Shown: in pieces, positions 35,665 to 45,256 of the stretch
Position numbering within the stretch: the stretch's first letter is position 1
Layout of the letters: every line of letters starts with the position of its first letter
Assembly (NCBI GenBank): GCA_026397635.1
Contig: JAPLUL010000057.1
Coordinates: 7,665 to 71,664, forward strand
Source: Verrucomicrobiota bacterium
GTDB taxonomy: Bacteria > Verrucomicrobiota > Verrucomicrobiia > Verrucomicrobiales > Verrucomicrobiaceae
DNA: 64,000 nucleotides
Reading direction: 5' to 3'
Made by a program: the position numbers and the translations under genes
Notes under the pieces: generated by a model
Told to the model about the DNA's origin: nothing
What the model saw: only the letters and a program-made list of their open reading frames with translations
The model's database searches: none

Positions 35665-36027
35665 TTACTGGCGCACTTCCTTGATGTGCTTGTCCGGCGC
35701 GGCGTCAAAAGTGGCCTTGCTGGCGGCGTCGGCAAAAGCGACTTGGCGTGAGTAGCTGACGGTGATGGACGGGTCGGCCTTTTTCTTGCTGAGCGGGCAT
35801 TGGCCAGTGACGGCGCTCAAGATGTTCACGAGGTAGGCCTTGGGCGTGGCGGTGAACTGGGCTTTGCAGCGGTTGCAGCAGACGGCGACGGTTTTGCTGT
35901 AGTTGCTGGTGATCGCTGGGCTGGCAGGCTTGCCAGAGATCGGGCAGACGGTGTTCAGCGGCTCGGCAGCGTTCGTGATGCCAGCGAACAGGGCGCAGGC
36001 GGTGATGAAGGTGAGGATGTGTTTCAT
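35665..36027 (-). CDS. Small secreted protein with two YHS/TRASH-like repeats
   Basis: Signal peptide; CPISGKP...VAVCCNRCKAQF, then CPLSKKK...VAFADAASKATF. Confidence 0.8.
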   Translation of the reverse strand: MKHILTFITACALFAGITNAAEPLNTVCPISGKPASPAITSNYSKTVAVCCNRCKAQFTATPKAYLVNILSAVTGQCPLSKKKADPSITVSYSRQVAFADAASKATFDAAPDKHIKEVRQ

Positions 36028-36152
36028 GATGGGCTGTGTGCAGACGACAGAAATGGGATACGAATTGACCCTTAGACCTGCAACCAAAATTTTCCCACCG
36101 CCCAGGGCCGGCAGGCAACACGCAACCAAGTGAGCGAGCTTGGAGGTGCGCT

Positions 36153-38663
36153 CTATTTTTTCGTCTGATACTTCGGATAACGCTGCTGGAGCTGCTTGAG
36201 CATCTGTTTGGCCTGGGCCTCGTCACCAGACTTTTGCAGGGCTTGGGCGGCTTTGAACAGTGCATCTGGCGTGACGTCAGGATCTTCGTAGAACTGGCTG
36301 GGCACGGCGTATTTCGCGGCTCCGGCCTTCCACTTCTCCATGGCGGCTTCCTGCTGGCCCGTGGCGGCGAGTTGGTCGCCTTGGGCGGAAAAAATGTCGC
36401 CTTCGAGGATGAGCAGCTCGGCCTGGAGTTTGCCGTCTTTGACCACTTGCAGGGCTTCTCGGGCCACTTTGTCGGCCTCATCGAAGCTGCCCTTGCCAAG
36501 GAGGGCGCGTCCTTTGGTGAGCTGGGCGCGCGCGGTAGCGGCGGCGTCGGGGTTGGATTTGAGGAAGTTGTCGGTGGCCTGGATGCTGGCGTCAAATTGG
36601 GCGTTTTGAAGCTGCGCCATGCCGAGGTAGTTCCACACGACCGGCTCGGTGTTTTCCGGGGTCTGTGGTGTGACGGCGAGTTCAAGGAAGCGTGCGGTGC
36701 GTTTGAAGTCTTCACCACTGTAGAGTTTGAGGCCGAGCCATTTTAGAATGTTCGGAGGCACTTGCCCACCTGGCTTGGCCGCAAGGTAGCTGTCGATGGT
36801 CTTGGCGAGGTCATTGGCATTCTGCCGGGCGTAATCGCACAGGATGATGAGCTGGCTGGATTTTTCGAGGTAGTCGCTGCTGTCGATCTCGATCGCACGC
36901 CGCAGAGCAGGTACGGCTTTGTCATAGAGCTTCTGGTCGAAGTTTCCGCGTCCGATACCGTAGTAGGCCTGCGCGGAGGCGGTGGTGGTGGGGTACTTCT
37001 TGAGCAGCGTCTCAAAAGCAGCGACGGTGCCCTTGGGGTCTTTCTGCTCCATGGCGATGAAGCCGAGATGGAGCCAGGCCATCTCGCAGGCATCGGATTT
37101 GGGAAATTCCTTCGTCACCTGCTCGAAGTCGGCCTTGGCCTTTGGCAAATCGCGGGCGTCGCGGTGGGCCAGACCTCGGCGGGCATAGGCCTTGGGGAGG
37201 AGTTCATGCTGAGGGTATCCTTCGATGAAACGGGTGAAAGCAGCCACGGCCTCCTGCTGGCGCCCAGCCTCGGCCTGCGCCCAGCCCAGGTTGAAGAGCG
37301 TGCCTGGACGCAGCTTTTCAGGCAGTTTGTCGATGCTGATGTCGGTGTAGCTGACCACGGCCTGGGCGTAGTCGGCCTTGTTGAAGTAAAAATCCGCGCG
37401 GATGAGGCGCGCGAGGGACAGATACTCGTGCGCTGCGCGGCTTTGCGCATGCTTGGCGATGAAGGCCGTGGCGAATTCGCCGAGATCCCTGTCATTGAGC
37501 AGGTAGAAGCAGTAGAGCTTCCAGTAACCGGCATCGAAGGCCTCCTCCGTGTCCGGGTGGTATTGCTCGACGAGCAGGTAAATCTCTACTGCGCGTGCAT
37601 AGCTCTTCCGCATGCGATACGCGTGACCGACGAGTACCAGCATCTTGGCGCGCGAGGCTCCGGGCGGCAGAACCTCGGAGTTCTTGTTGTAGTAGTCGAT
37701 AACGGCATCGTAGTCGCCTTTAACAAACAACGCCTGGATGATGCCGATGAGCGCGATCCCGCGGTTCTGCTCGTTGGTTTCCGGCATACGCAGCGTCTTT
37801 TCAAACATCAGGATGGACTCGTCTGGCTTTTTCAGCTCAGCGAAGAGCACCGCGGCGCGGATGGAGGCCTCCGCCACGATGGCGCGGTCCGCGCTGGTAT
37901 TGACGAGATCTTCGAAGATGGGAAGCGCCTCAGTCTTTTTGTCCTGCGCTAAGAACATGCTCCCGAGCGTGAGAAGAGCGGTTTCGCGGTAGGGATTCTC
38001 CGTTTTGAAAGCAATGACCGTTTTCAGGGCGGCTGCCTGTTGGTCCTTGTCTCCCACCATTTCATAAGCGCGGCTTTTGTTGTAGGCGGCGGCCAGTTTC
38101 ACCTGGGCACTCTTGTGTTTGGCCTCGCAGAAGGCGAAATGCCGCGCGGACTCGATGAATTTCGACTCGTTGAAGGTCGTCGCGCCGAGGCGGTAGGCGG
38201 CGGAGGGGGCGCCCTCGCTGTCCGGGTAGTGGGTCACCACCTCCGCATAGTAGCTTGCCGCTTGTTTGAGCTGGTTTTGCTTCATGTAGCACTCACCGAT
38301 GCGGTAAAGCGCGTCCGGCACTTGGCGTCCGGTGGGAAATTTTTGCAGATACTTCGAATAGCCTTGCACGGCGATCTCCCACTCCTGGCGTTCATAGGCC
38401 AGCGTTGCGAAGTCGAACATGTCATCATCTGGCCCTTTGGTCCGGGGCAGGGCGGGACGCACGCTCGAATCGTCGAGCACCGGTTGTGCTTTCGGCGGCT
38501 GGGGCACCGGAATGGCCTTCGGAACCGGAGCCTCATCCTCGACAGGAAGCGCACGCGGAGGCACCTGCTGAGCCAGTGCGGAAAAAGCAATCAGTCCAAA
38601 CGCCGCAGAGGCTAGGCGGAGGGGGCAGCGTGGTGAGGCGGTTGGCATCTTGGCAAAGATCAT
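36153..38663 (-). CDS. Large periplasmic tetratricopeptide-repeat protein
   Basis: Signal peptide, Pro-rich linker and many TPR units with the YP/FP...DALY pattern; overlaps the exbD stop. Confidence 0.88.
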   Translation of the reverse strand: MIFAKMPTASPRCPLRLASAAFGLIAFSALAQQVPPRALPVEDEAPVPKAIPVPQPPKAQPVLDDSSVRPALPRTKGPDDDMFDFATLAYERQEWEIAVQGYSKYLQKFPTGRQVPDALYRIGECYMKQNQLKQAASYYAEVVTHYPDSEGAPSAAYRLGATTFNESKFIESARHFAFCEAKHKSAQVKLAAAYNKSRAYEMVGDKDQQAAALKTVIAFKTENPYRETALLTLGSMFLAQDKKTEALPIFEDLVNTSADRAIVAEASIRAAVLFAELKKPDESILMFEKTLRMPETNEQNRGIALIGIIQALFVKGDYDAVIDYYNKNSEVLPPGASRAKMLVLVGHAYRMRKSYARAVEIYLLVEQYHPDTEEAFDAGYWKLYCFYLLNDRDLGEFATAFIAKHAQSRAAHEYLSLARLIRADFYFNKADYAQAVVSYTDISIDKLPEKLRPGTLFNLGWAQAEAGRQQEAVAAFTRFIEGYPQHELLPKAYARRGLAHRDARDLPKAKADFEQVTKEFPKSDACEMAWLHLGFIAMEQKDPKGTVAAFETLLKKYPTTTASAQAYYGIGRGNFDQKLYDKAVPALRRAIEIDSSDYLEKSSQLIILCDYARQNANDLAKTIDSYLAAKPGGQVPPNILKWLGLKLYSGEDFKRTARFLELAVTPQTPENTEPVVWNYLGMAQLQNAQFDASIQATDNFLKSNPDAAATARAQLTKGRALLGKGSFDEADKVAREALQVVKDGKLQAELLILEGDIFSAQGDQLAATGQQEAAMEKWKAGAAKYAVPSQFYEDPDVTPDALFKAAQALQKSGDEAQAKQMLKQLQQRYPKYQTKK

Positions 38664-39109
38664 CTCACGGAGGGTGTTGCGGCAGGTTGGTCGGCATCCG
38701 CCTTGCGGGTGGCGAAGGCGATGTTCCAGATGCCCGCCTTCTGACAGGTGTCTAGCACACGGATGACATGCTGGTAGTTGACGATTTCGTCGCCACGGAG
38801 GATCACGGCTTGGTCCTTGTAGAGTGCCACAATGTTTTGCAATTTTACCAGCAGCTCGTCGGTGTTGAACTTCTGCCCGTTGACGATGATCTCGCCGTCT
38901 TTTTTGATGTTGATGATGATCTCGCCGACGTTGCGGGACTCCTTTTCCTTCCCTTCATCAGCCGCAGGCACGCTCACATCCATCACCTGCTCCTCCTTCG
39001 CATACTGGAAGGTCACGGCAAAGAAAATGACCAGCAGGAACAGCACGTCCACCAGCGGCGCGAGCTGCATGGGTGTGGGTTCGATCGAGTGCTGTTTGCG
39101 GAAGTTCAT
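38660..39109 (-). CDS. exbD: ExbD/TolR biopolymer transport protein
   Basis: LAPLVDVLFLLVIFF TM with conserved Asp; VILRGD...YQHVIRVLDTC. Confidence 0.9.
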   Translation of the reverse strand: MNFRKQHSIEPTPMQLAPLVDVLFLLVIFFAVTFQYAKEEQVMDVSVPAADEGKEKESRNVGEIIINIKKDGEIIVNGQKFNTDELLVKLQNIVALYKDQAVILRGDEIVNYQHVIRVLDTCQKAGIWNIAFATRKADADQPAATPSVR

Positions 39110-39124
39110 GGGCGTGAAGGGATC

Positions 39125-39224
39125 ATGACGAAATCAGAATGACGAATGACGAACCAGGGCCGTCTTCCTGTCACTCGTCGTTGGAACTTCGTCATTCATT
39201 CGTCATTCGGGAGTTCGACATTTC
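39125..39224. repeat. Heptamer tandem/inverted repeat element (AATGACG family)
   Basis: ATGACGAAATCAGAATGACGAATGACGAA ... TTCGTCATTCATTCGTCATTC, between exbB and exbD. Confidence 0.88.
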
Positions 39225-40034
39225 CTACTGCCCGGCCACCGCTCTCGCGGCTCTCTTGTACTGCACCGCGAGCAGTGCCATCAGGTGCGTCGTCGCCGCT
39301 TCCATCTCTGAGATCAGGCGGTTCACCTTGCCACGGAAGATGGCGTAGAAAATGAGGGCTGGGATGCCGATCACAAGGCCAGACGCCGTGCATAGCAGCG
39401 CTTCAGACACTCCCTGTGCGAGGCCGAGCTGGCTGGAGCCGCCCGCGCCCTTGCCGGAAATCTCGTGGAAGGTGGTGATCATGCCCAACGTCGTGCCGAG
39501 CAGCCCTAGCATCGGTGCCACCGCACCCACGTCGCCGAGATAGGCGATGCGGGCCAGCAGCAGGCTCGACTGGCGATTGCCCTCAGCCTCGGTGACCTCC
39601 TTCACTTCTTCAAAGCTTGCCGTCGGGTTGCGTGTGGCGAAATCCAGCGTCTTGGAGGTGATGCGGGCGATGCACTCGTTGCGGCGGTTGCACACCGCCA
39701 GCAGCCCCAGGTAATCTTGCTTGCGGATCAGTGCGTCCGCCGAATTCATGAAGGCGTCACTGACCACGGTGCCTTGCCTCACGGTGAAGGTGAAAAGCAC
39801 GATCATGAAGAAGGCGATCATCGAGAGAATGATGAGCGGGTAGGCCATGACCCCGGTGCGCTTCACGAAACCCTCAAAGGTCAGCACATCGGCGTACGGA
39901 TTGTCCTCCAAGGCAGCGGCTTGTGTGACAGCGGACCTGACGACCGGCGCGGGCTGCTGGGCCTGGGCAGGAACATTCATCGTGGCGATGACAGCCGCTA
40001 GCAAGGCCAGGGCAAGGAGAAATTTGCGATGCAT
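39225..40034 (-). CDS. exbB: MotA/TolQ/ExbB proton channel protein
   Basis: APMLGLLGTTLGMITTF and GVSEALLCTASGLVIGIP. Confidence 0.9.
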   Translation of the reverse strand: MHRKFLLALALLAAVIATMNVPAQAQQPAPVVRSAVTQAAALEDNPYADVLTFEGFVKRTGVMAYPLIILSMIAFFMIVLFTFTVRQGTVVSDAFMNSADALIRKQDYLGLLAVCNRRNECIARITSKTLDFATRNPTASFEEVKEVTEAEGNRQSSLLLARIAYLGDVGAVAPMLGLLGTTLGMITTFHEISGKGAGGSSQLGLAQGVSEALLCTASGLVIGIPALIFYAIFRGKVNRLISEMEAATTHLMALLAVQYKRAARAVAGQ

Positions 40035-40101
40035 GAGGGCGCGACTGTAAACGTGAGCGCCCGCCTTGCAAGCGGGCTGGTTGGCGTGCTTTTTTCCAGA
40101 C

Positions 40102-41544
40102 TCAGGCCAGCAGTTCCCGCACCACTTTGCACTCGTTCACGCCTGTGAGGCGGAAGTCGAGGCCCGCGTAACGGTAAGTGAACTTTTCGTGGTCAAAGCC
40201 AAGGATTTTCAAAATGGTGGCATGCAGGTCATGCACATGCACGGGGTTTTCCGTGGCCTGGAAGCCGAACTCGTCCGTAGCACCATGCGTGTAGCCGCCG
40301 CGCACCCCGCCGCCTGCCAGCCACATCGTGAATCCATAGTGATTGTGGTCGCGACCGTGCTGTTTCCCGGCATTGGCTCCTGGCGTCGGCAGTTCCACCG
40401 CAGGTGTGCGGCCAAACTCACCGCCCCACATCATCAGCGTCTCGTCCCACAGGCCGCGCTGCTTCAAATCACTCATGAACGCCGCGATGGCACCGTCCGT
40501 CTGCTGGCCGAGCTTCCGGTGCTCCAGAATTTCGTCGTGATTGTCCCATGGCTGGCCCGCGCCGGTCCAGAGCTGGATGAAACGGACCCCGCGCTCCAGC
40601 AAACGCCGGGCGATGAGGCACTGGCGGCCAAAGGCGTGGTCGCCATACATCTTCCGCACCGATTCCGGCTCCTTCATGATGTCAAAAGCGTCCGTGGCCT
40701 CCATCTGCATGCGGTAAGCGAGCTCGTAGCTCTGCACCCGGGCTTCGAGCTGCTGGTCACGATCCTGCTGCACCAGATGTTTTTGATTCAATTCCTGTAG
40801 CAGGTCGAGCTGGCGGCGCTGCTGCTTGAGGTCCAACGCGCCGTTTTTGATGAACTCGACGAGTTTTTCGACCCGCGTATCCTCGGTGTTGATGTACGCG
40901 CCCTGATAGGCGCTCGGCAGGAAGGCGGACTGCCAGTTCTTCGTCCGCCGCGTCGGCATGCCACCTGGGCACATCGCGATGTAGCCCGGCAGATTCTGAT
41001 TTTCGCTGCCGAGACCGTAAGTGACCCAAGAACCCATCGTCGGACGGTTCAGGCGGCTTTCGCCACTGTTCATCAGGCCCAGTGAAGGCTCGTGATTCGG
41101 CACGTCGGCGTGCATGGAGCGGATAACGCACAGATCATCGGCAAACGCGCCCGTCTTTTCAAAGATCTCACTCACTTCAAGACCGCACTCGCCGCGCTTG
41201 GTGAACTTGAAGGGCGATTTGAAGCCCGCACCTGTCGGACGCTCCGTTTTGAGCACATTCGGGAGCGGCTTACCGTCGTATTGGTCCAGCATCGGCTTCG
41301 GATCGAACGTATCGACGTGCGAGGGGCCGCCGTTCATGAAGAAATGCACCACCCGCTTCGCCTTGGGCTCAAAATGCGGACGCTTCAGCGCCATCGGATC
41401 CAGCGTGGCCGCCGCAGCCTGCTGATTGAACAACGAACCTGCCGCCACGGTGCCGAAGCCCATGCCGACACGCTGCAGCAGTTCGCGACGCGTCAAAAAC
41501 GCATGCTCCAGATTCGGAGCATGATGTGAGATGGAGGAGTTCAT
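40102..41544 (-). CDS. DUF1501 family Tat-exported protein
   Basis: TRRELL Tat motif; GGPSHVDTFDPKP, ARRLLERGVRF, EFGRTP and GRDH. Confidence 0.93.
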   Translation of the reverse strand: MNSSISHHAPNLEHAFLTRRELLQRVGMGFGTVAAGSLFNQQAAAATLDPMALKRPHFEPKAKRVVHFFMNGGPSHVDTFDPKPMLDQYDGKPLPNVLKTERPTGAGFKSPFKFTKRGECGLEVSEIFEKTGAFADDLCVIRSMHADVPNHEPSLGLMNSGESRLNRPTMGSWVTYGLGSENQNLPGYIAMCPGGMPTRRTKNWQSAFLPSAYQGAYINTEDTRVEKLVEFIKNGALDLKQQRRQLDLLQELNQKHLVQQDRDQQLEARVQSYELAYRMQMEATDAFDIMKEPESVRKMYGDHAFGRQCLIARRLLERGVRFIQLWTGAGQPWDNHDEILEHRKLGQQTDGAIAAFMSDLKQRGLWDETLMMWGGEFGRTPAVELPTPGANAGKQHGRDHNHYGFTMWLAGGGVRGGYTHGATDEFGFQATENPVHVHDLHATILKILGFDHEKFTYRYAGLDFRLTGVNECKVVRELLA

Positions 41545-41681
41545 GGAGGTGCGTAAGATACGCTTTTTTTAGGTGATCTGCTTTCGCATCTTTCCAGACA
41601 CAAGAAAGCGCAAAATCGGAGCGCAAGCTGCTGATGGAAGTATTGTCACGCGGGTGTAGCCTGCGCGCCCCAAACCCGAAA

Positions 41682-44600
41682 ATGCTTCTGAATTTCCGCC
41701 ATCTCGCCTTGGTCGGCCTTGTCGTCGCCGCTTCCAGCCTTTCTGCTGCTCCCGATTGGAAGCAGGTGGAGTCTTTTCTCGCCGCCAAGTGCTACGAGTG
41801 CCACAACGCGGACAAAATGAAGGGCGATGTCGATTTGAAGCAATTCGCGACCGATCCGAAGCTCGCGGCGGAATTTGAAATCTGGACCAAAGTCAAAGAC
41901 ACCATCGACAACGGCGACATGCCGCCGCGAAAGGCCAAGCAGCTCTCGCCAGACGAGAAAGCCGGCATCACCGGTTGGGTGCAGCATTCGCTCGATCAGC
42001 TCGCTGAGGCCAAATCCGGCGATCCAGGCCCCGTGACCATGCGTCGCCTCACAAATGCCGAGTATGACTACACGATCCGCGACCTCACCGGTCGCGCTTA
42101 TTCACTGGCCAAAGAATTCCAAACCGATGGCGGTGGCGGTGAGGGCTTCACGAACACCGGCGACGTGCTTTTCATGAGCCCGGCGGCCATCGACAAGTAT
42201 TTCGCCGCCGCACGCAAACTCGCCGACTACGCCAGCATCATGCCGGGCACCGGCATCGTGTTTCATCCGAACCGCATCGGCTTGCGCGGGCCGGAGCAGG
42301 TAAAGGCACAAGCGCAGCAGGGCCTCTATGTGTGGTATCAGCAGAAAGCCGCGCCACACTTGCCGAAGGACGACGAAGACATGCGCGAGGCCGATTACAT
42401 GCTGGCTTGTTGGCAGCACAAGCATGCCAAGACGCCGCTCGACCAGCTCGCGAAGGACATGAAGCTCAGCATTCACTTCCTGAGCAATTGGTGGAACCTC
42501 GTGAACAGCGTGGAGCCCCAAAGCCGCTTCCTCGATCTCACCCGCGTGGCTTGGCGTGAACTGCCCGCCGATGAAAAAACGGCGCATGAGCGCATCAAGG
42601 CCATCGAGGTTGACAGACTCTCCTGGAACAATCCCAAACGCCCCGGCAGCGGCTCCCAGCGCCAGCAGCAGGACAGCGACGGCATTCGCCCCTACCCGAT
42701 GCAGACCTCCGTGAAGGATAAATCCCACATCCACCTCTGCTTTGGCGACACCGCCGATGGCAACAAGGGCGACATCGCACTCGTGACCTATATTGAGGTC
42801 AGCGTCGGCAAACAGAAGCTCAACTACCTCCACTGGCTCGACAAAACGCTCGCCGAAAAACGCCAGCAAGCCGCCGTGAACCCGCCGCCGCCAAATCTCG
42901 ACGCCATCAAGGCCCGCCTCGCCGAATTGGAAAAAGCGCGTGCGCTTTACGGCAAGCATCCGCAGCCAGGTCGTAGCATCGAGCCGCAGCTGCTCGCCTT
43001 TGCCGCGCCTCAGGTCGTCACGATGCCGCTGCCGGAGGGTGCGCATTGGTTGAAGGTGGACACGCGTCTCGACATGCAAAACCCCGAGGTCGATGCCGCC
43101 ACCATCCAGTGGGCGCTCAGCACCGACAGGCCGCGCGACGTGACCAAAATCATGCCCGGCGTGGTCACTATTTGGAAACGCGGCACCAAGGCCTCTGGTG
43201 AGACGATGAACGACTTCAACAAGATGAAGACCGCCTTCCCGGACATGTTTGAGCGACGCCTCGAAGAAGTCGCCAGCAATCTCTACCGCGGCGGCAAGCC
43301 CAACTACACGGTTTACTATTTCAGTGACGATCAACTCGGCCAGCTCCTCGGCCAGCAGGACAAGGACATGCTCGTCGCGATGAAGAAAGACTGGGGCTAC
43401 AACGCCACTCCGAACCTCAACAAGCAACAGCAGCAGGAATACGACGGTGCCCTGCTCTGGCACCTGCATCAGTTTGCCCGCAAAGCCTGGCGCAGGCCCA
43501 TCACTGCCGACGAAACCAAAAAACTCGACGCCCTCTACTCGGCTAGCCGCGCGAAGGACCTCGACCGCGAATCCGCTGCACGAGAGGTCCTCGTCTTCAT
43601 CCTCGTCTCGCCGAATTTCCTCTTCAAAGCCGAGACGTTGCCGCCCATCGCCGATGCCAAGACCACCGAGGTGCCGCTGAATGCCCACGAACTCGCCTCA
43701 CGCCTCAGCTACTTCCTGTGGGCTTCCACGCCTGACTGGCAGCTCCGCAAAGCCGCCGATGACGGCAGCCTCATGAAACCCGAAGTGCTCGCCGCGCACA
43801 CCCAGCGCATGCTGCGCGATTCAAAGGCAACCGCGCTCGCCAAAGAGTTCGCCGGCCAGTGGTTGAAGTTCAACGGCTTCGACGAAAAGAGCACCGTCGA
43901 TGAAAAGAAGTTCCCGCAGTTCACCCCCGAGCTGCGAAATGACATGCAGCGCGAGGTCGTGGAGTTCTTCACCCATCTCGTGCGCGATGACCGCAACGTC
44001 TCCGACATCATCAGCAGCGACTACACCTTCATGAATGAGCGCCTCGGCTGGCACTACGGCGTGCCAGGCATTGTCGGGAACGAGTTCCGCGAGGTCAAAG
44101 TCGGCCAGCATCATCGCGGCGGCCTCCTCGGTATGGGCGCCATCTTGACGAAGACCTCCCGCCCGCATCGCACGAGCCCCGTCCTGCGTGGCGACTACCT
44201 TTATCAGGTCGTCCTCGGCTTCAGCAGCCCGCCCCCGCCGCCGAACGTCCCTGAGCTCAAAGAAACCAGCAAACCCTCCTCCCTGCGCGAGGCCCTCATG
44301 CAGCACCGCACCGATTCCGCCTGCGCCGTCTGCCACGAGCGCATCGACGCGCTCGGCTTCGCTTTGGAGAGCTACGACCCCATCGGCCGCTTCCGCCCCA
44401 CCGATGAAGCAGGCGGCAAAATCGACGACACCGGTGAAATGATGGACGGCACCCAATTCACCGGCCTCCCCGGCCTGCGCGACTACCTCAAAAAGAACGA
44501 GCCCCAGTTCCTCACCCAATTCACCCGCAAACTCCTCGGCTACGCTTTGGGACGCCAGACATTGCCCAGCGACAAAAAGCTCCTCCAACAGATGCAGACC

Positions 44601-44705
44601 TCACTGAGGGTTCAAAACGGCCATTTCTCCGCCGCTGTGCTCGAGGTCGTGAAAAGCCGCCAGTTCCTCAATCGACGCGCGGAGCCGCAGGTGGCGGGGA
44701 ATTGA
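41682..44705 (+). CDS. Planctomycete-type cytochrome c protein with DUF1587/1592/1588/1585 domains
   Basis: CYECH and CAVCH haem motifs; RRLTNAEY, ELASRLSYFLW and RTSPVLRG. Confidence 0.92.
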   Translation: MLLNFRHLALVGLVVAASSLSAAPDWKQVESFLAAKCYECHNADKMKGDVDLKQFATDPKLAAEFEIWTKVKDTIDNGDMPPRKAKQLSPDEKAGITGWVQHSLDQLAEAKSGDPGPVTMRRLTNAEYDYTIRDLTGRAYSLAKEFQTDGGGGEGFTNTGDVLFMSPAAIDKYFAAARKLADYASIMPGTGIVFHPNRIGLRGPEQVKAQAQQGLYVWYQQKAAPHLPKDDEDMREADYMLACWQHKHAKTPLDQLAKDMKLSIHFLSNWWNLVNSVEPQSRFLDLTRVAWRELPADEKTAHERIKAIEVDRLSWNNPKRPGSGSQRQQQDSDGIRPYPMQTSVKDKSHIHLCFGDTADGNKGDIALVTYIEVSVGKQKLNYLHWLDKTLAEKRQQAAVNPPPPNLDAIKARLAELEKARALYGKHPQPGRSIEPQLLAFAAPQVVTMPLPEGAHWLKVDTRLDMQNPEVDAATIQWALSTDRPRDVTKIMPGVVTIWKRGTKASGETMNDFNKMKTAFPDMFERRLEEVASNLYRGGKPNYTVYYFSDDQLGQLLGQQDKDMLVAMKKDWGYNATPNLNKQQQQEYDGALLWHLHQFARKAWRRPITADETKKLDALYSASRAKDLDRESAAREVLVFILVSPNFLFKAETLPPIADAKTTEVPLNAHELASRLSYFLWASTPDWQLRKAADDGSLMKPEVLAAHTQRMLRDSKATALAKEFAGQWLKFNGFDEKSTVDEKKFPQFTPELRNDMQREVVEFFTHLVRDDRNVSDIISSDYTFMNERLGWHYGVPGIVGNEFREVKVGQHHRGGLLGMGAILTKTSRPHRTSPVLRGDYLYQVVLGFSSPPPPPNVPELKETSKPSSLREALMQHRTDSACAVCHERIDALGFALESYDPIGRFRPTDEAGGKIDDTGEMMDGTQFTGLPGLRDYLKKNEPQFLTQFTRKLLGYALGRQTLPSDKKLLQQMQTSLRVQNGHFSAAVLEVVKSRQFLNRRAEPQVAGN

Positions 44706-44896
44706 GTGCCCAGGCCTGCTGTCGTTGTTGCTCTCTTATTTGGACCTTGGGCGCATCCGCATGGATGTTGCTGGCGCAAACTGAGGTTTTGAGCCAAGGC
44801 CCCATCACTCACGGCCACGCCCTTCCAAAACGACCCACATCACAGGCTGGACAGGCCACAGTGGCGAACTTGAACGCTCGCACCAACGCTTGGTAA

Positions 44897-45214
44897 ATGC
44901 TGATGGCGGTGTTTGCGGGTGCGCTGGCGCTGCGGCAGTTCATCACGTTGTTACCGACGAAACCGGGCGATCACCGCACGCTGTTCTGGGTATTCTTCAT
45001 CATCACGCCGCTGCAGGCGGCGGGCATGGCAGCGCTCGTTGTGCTCATGGGCTTCACTGAAATTTTAGCGATCTCCGCGATCAAGCGTGATCGCGGCGTC
45101 AAAGACTGGGGCACCGCCATCGGCGGCCACGGAGGATTCATGGGCCGTATGGGCTCGCTGAGCTTCGCCGCTCCGGTGTTTTTCCATGTGTCGGGTTTTT
45201 GCTTCGGTCATTGA
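44897..45214 (+). CDS. Hypothetical membrane protein (possibly a relic)
   Basis: Two hydrophobic segments; no recognised family. Confidence 0.3.
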   Translation: MLMAVFAGALALRQFITLLPTKPGDHRTLFWVFFIITPLQAAGMAALVVLMGFTEILAISAIKRDRGVKDWGTAIGGHGGFMGRMGSLSFAAPVFFHVSGFCFGH

Positions 45215-45256
45215 TGCTGGAAAGCCGCACGGGGTGGCGGACGTTCTTTCCGGCTC

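Noticed and set aside
36762-37952. 396-aa plus-strand ORF
   Set aside because: Antisense shadow of the TPR gene.
42102-43688. 528-aa minus-strand ORF
   Set aside because: Antisense shadow of the DUF1592 gene.
44702-45214. Two in-frame ORFs separated by one TAA (readthrough or pseudogene)
   Set aside because: The upstream part has no coding-like features or homology that I can recognise, so the fusion is unsupported.
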